20,000 bases of DNA from Catajapyx aquilonaris (Eukaryota), in NCBI GenBank assembly GCA_000934665.2, contig JYFJ02001690.1, forward strand, positions 52,646 to 72,645, written 5' to 3'. Under the pieces are notes generated by a model that saw nothing but the letters and a program-made list of their open reading frames with translations, did no database searches and had not been told where the DNA came from. A program made the position numbers and the translations under genes. Shown piece by piece: positions 1-9,965 of the stretch. The first letter of the stretch is position 1; each line of letters starts with the position of its first letter.

Positions 1-549
1 ATAAAAATTCTCATTTTTCTCCCATGCCGGCACCATTTATCTGCTGGCAAAATTACTCAAACGGAAATGAAGGTGATTAGGTTTATTGGCGATACAATCT
101 GATATTTAAAAAAAGAAACCTTGTGCAATCTGTAACACTTTCCAATATATTTCTTCCTGTAGCCCACTGTAGCCCAGCATCATTATATGTTCAAAAATTG
201 GGGATTCCCAATATTTTGACACATGCGGATCTCATTTGATTATTATTACTCCTTTAAAATTCAAGCTTCCCCTTTTTATTTGCACTATTATGGACCTTCA
301 CCTTCCCAATATATTCTTGCTCGGTGACAAATGTGCGTCGCAAAAAATTTTTTTCTCATTTTTAAGCATTCTTTTGCTCACCAAATATTCCTGAAACCCG
401 GAGAAAATTTGATGTACTGTAGCTTAGCAAGGGAACAACAGGTCAGCAGCCGAAACAAGGACACATGCAAACGACGCATTTTACCAGGGACACAGTCTGA
501 AATGCGCAGGGTTTTATTGCTTGAGTAAAGAGGATTGTTTCCTACGCAG

Positions 550-892
550 TGACTACATTCACACCGAGTCCACTTTGTTGTCAGGCCTGGCAGCCGTGTT
601 GATCCTTTACGAGATATACGATGCGGTATCAATCGGCAGCAAGTATAAGGTCCGACTTAAGTCCCATGTTTTGTTTTTTTTTACTTTGTCTCTGTCCCAA
701 GGCGTGAGATACGGAAATAGAATAATAAAATAGCGCAGTAGGGAAATCCTTGGTATATTCTGCCACGCAGTTATCCAGCTTTATTTTCAGACACTAAGAA
801 AAGAGAAGCTCGGCCTGGTCTTGATCGATCCAACTTGCCTGATTGCCTGTGGGAGCAGGACATCTACCCACTGCACACTGTACCAAACCTAA
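550..892 (+). CDS. Possible last two exons (550-649, 791-892) of an unidentified upstream gene
   Basis: Acceptors TTTCCTACGCAG and TTATTTTCAG. They join in frame via AAG|GTCCGA to DYIHTESTLLSGLAAVLILYEIYDAVSIGSKYK/TLRKEKLGLVLIDPTCLIACGSRTSTHCTLYQT*, with one hydrophobic stretch. Family not recognised. Confidence 0.25.
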
Positions 893-1442
893 GTGAGAAG
901 AAACAAATATTATGCTAGTAGTTGTTCCTCATTTGATAATAATTACTGCATAGGAATGTGAGGTAGGCTACCATGCCTTATTTTGGGTAAAGCTTTTTGG
1001 AGACCAATGCTCGGAGTGAAATGTCTATAGTCGCTTCTGGACATACGTTCCAGTTTAACCCTCAATTCAGTCTCCGAATTGCCATGTAAATTGACTTTGT
1101 CGCTTCCATTTCCCTTCGCCACCTCACACCCTAGCTTCTTAGCACTCCCAGCGGTGCAGAATTTCTAGTCAGGGTGCCCAAGTTGATCCAAGGGCGACCA
1201 AAGGTTTCTTAGACAAGTTTATAACAGCGCACTTAGTATATTCGGTAGCTGTTTAGCATTAGCATGCTATTATGCTCATTCAAATTTCCAACTTTATTGC
1301 CCATATTAGCGCGATTTGGTCAGCCGAGAATACGACCAGAAAAATTGTTGAGTTTGCTGAGCTTGGAAACGCTTAGCACTTTTGCCCTGTTCAAACAATA
1401 CCTTGACCTACTCGAAGTGAAACCCGATGCCGTGCCTGAAAG

Positions 1443-1695
1443 TATTAGGGCAACCGTGCCGTGGGATCTTTTCGGACCCCATCCATATTTTTATTTTAAT
1501 TAATTATTATATAATACTTTTCAATGTATTTTGACTATATACAATCATTCTTTGAACAATGCCTAAAATGATCGCTAATTCAAAATAAACCTCCACTTCC
1601 TGTTATATACTGTAAAAAAATGGCAAAAGTTCACTGTAATTATCATTTTAATGCATTTTAATTCCTTGGGGTCCAAAAAGTTCCAGGGTTAATAC
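1443..1695. mobile_element. Degenerate MITE-like element
   Basis: TGGGATCTTTTCGGACCCC (1462-1480) is inverted relative to GGGGTCCAAAAAGTTCCA (1668-1685). The right end AGGG-TTAA is piggyBac-like. AT-rich interior. Confidence 0.4.
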
Positions 1696-1958
1696 CTGAG
1701 CTCTATTGAGGTCCCAATACTGCCCCTGTTTTCCAAGCGAAGATAAGGCACACAATCATCTACTTGTAGGTATACAATATTAAAATGCAATTAGGCTATG
1801 CCTTTAGCATAAACATTCATAAACACACTTCCCGATACCGTACTTGAGTTTTTTTTTTTAAATTCGGGCCATGCCATGTTGTAAACTAGACAAGCGAGTC
1901 TAATACATGGTAGATAAATAATATTAACAGCAACACATCGCTCGTGACTGAATTGCTA

Positions 1959-2099
1959 GAATCTCCAAATGGCACAGAGCGCATGTGAGCACCTGTTGGA
2001 CGAACCCCACTGTGTCGTCACCATGGCATCAACATGAGCAGACGTATCTAGCGCCTGTAGCGCCGGATCCTCCTCATTCGTCCTCCTAGTCCTCTCCAG
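1959..2099 (+). other. Possible non-coding 5' exon of the SLC45 gene
   Basis: GC-richer block ending in a consensus donor CAG|GTGAGT at 2100. All three frames contain stops; short uORFs are present. Confidence 0.3.
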
Positions 2100-2889
2100 G
2101 TGAGTCATCCTGGAACGAACATCCCTACTCTCCCCCAATTCTTCCACATCAACAGCAATTTCTACTTGCGATTTTTTGAGACGAGGAAAAAGAAGCAAGC
2201 CGCAGACGCTGTTCCCTCAGGGATAGCTTTTTGCCATTCTCCTAATTGCCTCAACTTCACATTCATTTCTGTGGCGCTATGCTAGTCTGTCGTATTCACC
2301 CATTTTTTACCTTCTTCCTATGTCCGCTTCCTCGGGGGAAAAGTGAACTAATGATTCTGTCCGGAGTTTCCTTTCCTCTCATTTCCCATCACTGACTTAT
2401 TAGCTTGAGACTTTTTTATCCTCGCAATTGCTACGAGTTCAGAGTGAGCAAGTTGTGTTAAGTGGAGCGGACTTTTGAAGTGATTGTTGCGGGAGAGAAG
2501 TCAGATAGGTAGGCAGGCAGGCGATTGGGATTTCGTGTCGGCAAACAGCCTGGAAGGATGGAGGCTTTGTGAAGCCGGGAAGAAAGAAAACTGATTGATT
2601 GCACCGTTGCCGTCTTGACTTGTCAAGTCCTGACTACCTCTCCTGCACCATCCACATTCACTGATCAGGTGGAAGTCCAGCACAGTTGGTGTGGGCAAGA
2701 TGGCTCGTGGTATGGATGTCTATGTGGGCAAAGTGAGGGCCTGGAGGATGAATCTCCAGGAGTGCTACCAGCAGTGGAAGGATAAACCCTGTCAGAGGGC
2801 TAGGGAGCGGCAGAATGAAGATTGGGCTCATCTTATCAGGTAAATAGGGTTCTTTTATTTGGTGCAAATTGAGAACAAAAAAGTGTGTA

Positions 2890-3172
2890 ATGGCGTCTAA
2901 ACATTTCAGACGTAAGACTCTGATTGAGCTGGTGAGGGCTTCGGCTGCTGTAGCTGGTATTGAGTTCTCCTATGCTGCGGAGACGGCGTTTGTGTCACCA
3001 ACTCTACTCAAAATTGGCCTGCCACATCGCAAGATGACATTGCTGTGGTGCCTGAGTCCTCTGATTGGGCTCTTTTTGACGCCTATTCTGGGGTCTCTCA
3101 GTGATGGTTGCCGTTCCAAGTGGGGACGCCGACGGCCCTTCTTGTTGCTGCTGGCAGTAGGAGTCACATTGG
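2890..3172 (+). CDS. Slc45-1: SLC45 coding exon 1
   Basis: First ATG after an in-frame TAG at 2845. MASKHFRRKTLIELVR...WGRRRPFLLLLAVGVTL, donor G|GTGAGT at 3173 (phase 1). Confidence 0.9.
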
Positions 3173-6100
3173 GTGAGTCTCCCTTGAAGGGTTTTCTGCG
3201 TCTTAAGTGCGTGAGTTTGCGAAGGTTGTCTTCTGAATTCTAAAACGTTATTGCTATTTCTACTAATTAAACGAAAGTTTGTGCTAAAAATGACAGTGGA
3301 CTTCAAAATTCCGCGGATTAGGACTGGGTGTCTTCACAAGTTCCACCCTGTTCCTTGCTCCAATAAGTAATGCGGGTGTGGGCCTTGACCTCGTCGCGTA
3401 CGTCCGCATTCTGTAAGAACAAAACAAAACACGTTATATCAAATGTGGATTGTCGAGGATTTTGTCCGGGGTTGGGAAAAGAAGTAGAAAATAAACAAAG
3501 AGATTCGGTGCTACATGGGGAAAGACAGTGTACAACTTATTTAGAAGTTAATGATCTGTGTAGTGTGTGTATGCTAGATTACCCTGGGTGCGTTGAAAAT
3601 TATTTTTTAAATTGATAATTAATTTTAGCAGTCAAAATAATGGTGCTTAAAACTATGACAGGACAGGTTATTCTGCCAGACCTAGGGTGACTAGTAGAGT
3701 CTTCCGAGGAATGAGTGAATAAGACGTTATATTATTGTCGAATTGAGGTCAAGATTCACTTTGAGTTCCACAGATCATTAAGTAAAGAAAACAAGCCAGT
3801 CAACAATATTTTTGAAGCTTCAAGTTACAGTTATGACAGACAGGTTGCGAATTTCATTTTCAATTTTTATGTGGCTTCATTCCCAACTTTTATTTTCTTC
3901 CCCGCTGAATTACAGTGTACATTTGTCATGATGGGCTTCCAGGATATTCCATGAAATAGAATACATGTACAAACAATAATTTTAAAGGGAACTCCTTTTA
4001 AGTAATTTTATGGTAGGCCCTATTGATTGTGTTGAAGTTGATGTAATGAACAAAGAAAAATAAAATGACCCTGTAGAAAAAGCCGAAATCCATTATCATA
4101 ATTATGTGAAACTAGAATAGACTGTGCATGAATATTTGTCTACTATGGTAGCTTGTTCAATCTTATATCGAGTGTGGGATATGAGTAAAAAATTTAGGTT
4201 TGATACACAAAAAAAAAAAATATTCTGAATTCCCTAACCCTTAACGCGGGCTTGTATTCTTAAATTATTATTTCCGACTCTTTGTCCAACATGCAGCTAA
4301 TAAGACTGCTGAGTTTTAAAAACCAATTTATTTCACTTTATATCGTCTTCTTTTGATTAAACCTGCCACGAATTTGAATAGATTGTTTCGTATCACTGTA
4401 GTTGGGGTTGTGTCACGTTATAGCTCTCTGTAGGTGCAATAGCAGTGGCCGCGCATTGGCAGATTTCAGGAATAACTGAAGATGAGATTCCAAACAAGAG
4501 GTAGAAAAATTCCAATTGAGAAAATCTTGACAGATGCAAATGCTCAAAGTAATAAAATTCTTACCCTGGACACAATTTGGCGAAGCAAGGGCCCTAGAGA
4601 CTTGAGATGGACATCCGGAATTTCTCCCATCCATGCTTCGACGAGTAGCCCATTTAGTTCCTGCGAGGAAAAAGCACTTTTAACTCTCGATTTTGTTAAA
4701 AGTAATGTAGCCTAACTTTACTTTTTAAAACCATGATACACCTGCTATGCAGGAGGACAAACACAAATTCTATTGCTTTATGAAACTATACACGTAAGTC
4801 CCATATTAAATTTTTTTTCACTATTTAAAACACGTCTTTACCAATCTCAGCATGCACGAAGCTGACAATTATTATACATGGCGTTGGGTATAGTATAACT
4901 ATAGAGGAAATAAAGAAATATCCTTACATTGCCCCTGAAGCTTGCACTATTATCATCAACAAATACGGTTGTTTTAGGATCAAATCCCAAAGTGGTAAAA
5001 TCTTTGGTGTAGGAACCATCCTCGAAGGTGCAGTGCTCTCGGTGAAAAATATACCTGCAATGAAGAGTGCCGTTAAACGCTATATTTGGACAAAAAAATC
5101 AATGGTTTTTCGGAAGCTCCTGAATCTACAGTTGGTAGCTACTACTGCATATACCGCCAAGTTCATAAGAGCCGGTCATAATCGCTTCCACATTGGATTA
5201 GCACAAGGTTTGTCATTGCTGATTTTGGAATTAGTTCGAACTTCAAATTTGGCCCCGAAATTTTTGGAAATTAAATATGGTGTATATCAGTTAATAATTT
5301 TTCTCGATCAGTAAGTAATTCTTTGGGTAAATGCTTTCATCATGGTTTAAAAAAATTATACGTAGAAAAGGTGCAGTAAGAATTCAAATCTATCAGGAAA
5401 AGTAAACCCTACGGATTTACTTGTTGGATTAAAATTGAGGCCATTTTTTTAACATGGGCCACTTTAAAAACGAATAGTTTAAAACAGGAAAGTGAGAAAT
5501 TTCCCTTGATGCGGATAACAGCTGGCTTCCGTTCCACCCGGTTCCCTATAATTATGACAATAAATATTTGTTAGGCACTTGCTTGATCCTTTTCTTGGTG
5601 GGATCTATCTTGTTAACGATAGGGGAAGCATACGTGGCAGTAGCTGCGGTGAACACATAAATATCATAGATCCGGGCCATTTGCTTCAGGAATTTCTTTG
5701 CCCATGGCCGCAGGTAGGCATCTAGGCCTTCGTGTTCTAATGCGCATATCCACTGTGCTCCCGGTATATTCTCTTCGTTTGTATATATCAAGGTGGAGTC
5801 CTGCAAAATATATAGTGTTAAACAATATTGTTGTGTCGTAACACGATCATTTGAGTCAGAATGAAAACAACAAAGTCTACTCCAGTGTGATACAACTGAT
5901 ATGCCCTTATAGCAGTTATCGATTTTTTTGGTAATAAGCTGCTCATTATTTTAAGCAGTTACTTCTATATGTGACCAAAAATATTAGTTGATAAAACTAT
6001 TTTGAACGGAAGCCCAGGCCCTAAATTGCGATTCGCGCTCGAGAGTTTGTTGTATCACAATCAACTAAAAATTATGGAAGAAAGTCAGATTGTATATTGT

Positions 6101-9100
6101 GAACACCAATACATTTTCCTATTTCCCCTCTTGCCTTAGGGTGAAATGGTGTACCAATTCGACCTAATATTAGCAGCTAATAGATGGTTCGGACAATTAG
6201 GTCAATCTTAGGTGAATCTCCTCCATTGATATAGCGCGAATCCCCACGTCAATTATAAGGAATTTTGAGTGAATCTCGCAAGTTTTTGTCGAAATGTTCA
6301 ACCCTTCGTAACTACTACATTATTTCGACAGCCTCTAGAATTAACTTACCCAAAGTAGCAGCTTAATAATTTATTTATTTATTTATTTTCATTACCCCAC
6401 GGGGGGAGTTATACTACTCCTTAGGGGGGGTGGGTTGCCACCTTTGGAATTTGTTTTGGAGCGAGTTTAAGAATAATCTTTAATTAGTATGCTCCAAGGG
6501 TGGGTGGGAGGGGATGTGCAAAGTGCAAGTGCAATGTCTCTAATCGTCATTTTGTGAACTCCCCCGGGTGGCTTAGTCTGCCGGAAATTGCCACCCGAAA
6601 CGAAGCCAGAGATGGCCCAACTCTGCACGAAAGAAGGTGGGAACCCCGGGTGTGGATTGAACCCGGGACCTTAACTTCCGTGGGCGCGCGCGTTACCGCG
6701 GCGCCACTCCGTCTCCCCTAATAGCAGCTTAATAATAAGCTACTTCATGCAAAGAAATCCCCAACCATTACGGACTACTCAAATCGTCCAGAATAACAAG
6801 ACCACATATTAAAGCTGATGCATTCGCTATGGTCCTATAATTTTTATGTATAGTGTTTCTTTCTTCTCATTGGCTTTTGCTTAACAGCATGCACACCGCC
6901 ATCGTGAATTGATGGTCTTACTGCAACAATGGGTTAATCCGCATTTTGAAAATGAACTCAAACTACAAAAACGCTTCATGTTTTGGCACATGTGCAAAGA
7001 GTTTGTTGCAGGTTGAAGATCACAAAAATAAGGAATCAGAGGGGAGTCGCGGTGGCCGAGACGGTAACGTCTCGGTTTGCTGTGCGGAAGGTCCCGGGTT
7101 CGAACCCTGCCCGGGTACTCCCTCTCGCCTGCGTCCGGAGGGTCTCTGACCCGCGCCTTGGAGGCTTCTGGCAACCTGACCTCCTGGGAGACTTTATTAT
7201 TGATATTAAGGAGGTTGGCCCATCATTGCCTTTCAACCTCCAAGGATAGGGAAGGAAGGAAGCGGCTGTGGCCTATTATATGGAAACAACCCCGGAATTA
7301 TCCTAGGAAGACCGTGGAAAACCACAGAAAACCACGGTCAGGGTTGCCGGCCCCGGGATTCGAACCCAGGACCTCCCGATTAGCAGGCGGACGCCCTATC
7401 CACTATGCCAACCTGCTTCGGTCCTCCTGGGAGACTGCACATGGCCCAACGGTTAAGACATTGCATCTGCACCTGTGTCTCCTCCCCAGAAATCCCCATC
7501 CCCATCCTATATTTTTTCATCCCTGCACGGTGTCTGAAGGAAAATCATAGAAATTGTATGGAAAATGGTGGTAGTCCACCCCCACCCCCCAAGAGGGTAT
7601 CTGGCCCTATCACGGGGTAGCGTAAAAAAATAAAAGTAAATGGTATATCTATTTCTATCATTATGTGGGTTAGCACATTGTTGCAGTAAGCCCTTCAATT
7701 GCTAGTTATTGGCTGATTTAAGTCAGGTAATCAACAGGGTTACCAGTGTCATCTCCGAGGTAAAGAAGGGCTTCAAATACAGTAATCTATAATTAATCTT
7801 GATGTAGGCCTACAAATGATGGTTCTACAGATTAAATACTTTTTACTGACGAATCGCGGGTCAGTGTACTTACGAGATCCAACATGAGCGTGTACTTATG
7901 CTTCTTCAAAGAAACGGCAGGATGAACCGTGGGATTTTCCATTACCGGAGCCATTCTTCAAAGAGCAGCAGCTGCCTCTGATTCGCTAGCTGAAAGTGAC
8001 ACAAAAAGGCACTGATTAATCAACAACTTAATTGACATACTCTGGTGTCAATCCTGGAATAACTGACATCAGAAAGTTTTTGAACATGTGGAGAAGGCCT
8101 GTACATGCCATGTTTTGAAAGTCATTTGACCTTCCATTATCTGCTGTACTGAGACAATAATTGAAGGTAGTGTAGTGACCGTATGGCAGTGACAATGTGC
8201 AGATAGATTCAGTTGTTTTATGCCGCAGCTTGCATTAATGCATAAACCTTCGCATCTCAGAATTTTTTGCTTAGCGAGTAGTCCTTTTTTTCAACTGATA
8301 TGCCATGAACGATAGCCATATTAGTAGCGCCTCATTCAAGGGTAAAAGTTTCGGTAGGTAATGGATTCTCAGAAAGAGACATAAAAGACGAATTATTTTC
8401 TGACTTCTAGGTAGTAGTAGCTACCAGTGTCAACAACTAGTAGTCATGGCAATCCATGACAAAACTAATGGGAGAATCCTCTGATAGAGAGGATTCTGCT
8501 TCGGAATCAAGGTGATTCTGCCATCAACCAGTCCATCGTCTCGGCTGCAGGATCTGCAGACCCCCTGGCTTGCAGCATCCCTTTCTTCGGCCCCTGACGA
8601 TGACGGTCCTCTTGGGCCCTCACCTCCTCTTGGCCCAAACAGTTGTCCCAATCCAGATGCTTTGCCGCTGTCTGGCTGTTGTTCTGGCAACGCCCGCTGC
8701 TGATGTCCAAACAAATAGGATCTCCCACCTCTTGACGAAATGATCTTGCCTGCTATAGCAGTATACTGCTATAGTCTCTGCTATAGAGGATTCTCCCATT
8801 AGTTTTTTCATGGATTGCCATGGTTACTAGTTGTTGACACTGGTACTGCTCCCTATAGAAGTCAGAAAATAATTCGTCTTTTGTGTCTCTTTCTGAGAAT
8901 CCATTACCCATGGGAAGCATGGGAAGCATGACCTAGTGTGACAGGACGAAAATTTCGCCCCAGGTCAGTGCTTCCCAATTTCTTTATTTCGTTGATGACC
9001 CCAAAAAATTGTCTCGTAAAATGCGACCCCCTATATGTGCACATTTCGATCCGCCAACATGAACAGACAGGTAAACAGTGAAATGACCTTACCTTATGGT

Positions 9101-9909
9101 CATGATTTTCAGCAAGATAGCACCATTTTGTGAAAATAATTTGTTACCCTCCCTCGCGACCCCAAATGGGGTCGCGACCCGCAATTTGGGAAGCGCTGCC
9201 CTATGTTAATACCTATTATCTCATGCTACATTATTTCGAGCCGAGCTAGCCAGAAGAAAATTAGTTTAAAAAAATGATGGCTGCATGGAGAGTTCTAAAG
9301 CAATAAGGAACATACTGAAGTAATGCAAATTTACATTACCGGTATTGCAGAAGGCAATACATCATGCGCACTGTTACAGTGTAAGCAGATAGCGTAACTT
9401 AAACCAAGGAGTACACCTTTGTCATTATCTGTAATATTATTGTTAGTAATGTTAGAACAATGGAATTTGAGAGTGGGGCACAATACAGGGTATTATACCA
9501 CTCCTAAAGGTCAACCATGAGGTGGTTGACTCCTTCCCACTGTTTGCTTGATGTATCGTTGTGTTCAGATTGCGCAGTCGAATGAATAACATCCACTATG
9601 TTGGAAAGTGTCCCTTTAATGATCTTGACCTTTCTAATGATATGCAACTATAAATAACTCGGAAATTGGGAGCCACGATCGGTGTCGGTGTTATCTATAT
9701 AGCATGATTCGGAATCAGGCTATATAGATTTCCACCGTCACCGATCAGAAGTGACTCTCGTAATGCAGGGCACATTTTTTATTAATAATGGCTTTCAGAT
9801 GGTTTATTTTCAGGTGATATAATATTCTGACCATTATTTGATTCATATTTTGGGTTACTTGTGGCTCCCGTCATCGCTGACTACCCCTTATAGGGAAATG
9901 TCGTGATGG

Positions 9910-9965
<56 letters not shown>

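Noticed and set aside
5524..6015. GGCTTCCGTTC / GAACGGAAGCC inverted pair flanking phosphatase exon 2, as evidence of transposon capture
   Set aside because: Only 11 bp, no TSD, and most of the gene lies outside the pair.
6888..7011. + strand exon-like block after a strong pyrimidine tract (HAHRHRELMVLLQQW...)
   Set aside because: Weak donor, phase incompatible with SLC45 intron 1 (it would stop within 7 codons) and no recognisable homology.
7041..7115. tRNA-like sequences (also about 6645-6718, 7350-7422, 18525-18596) as tRNA genes
   Set aside because: Each continues into a SINE body with an A-rich tail, three have TSDs, and no complete cloverleaf is evident.
6881..7698. Several overlapping 60-157 aa ORFs
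   Set aside because: They are translations of GC-rich SINE sequence; a similar peptide recurs at 18374-18659.
7958..7960. In-frame TGA as selenocysteine
   Set aside because: No SECIS recognised in the short 3' UTR, and the position is outside the catalytic domain.
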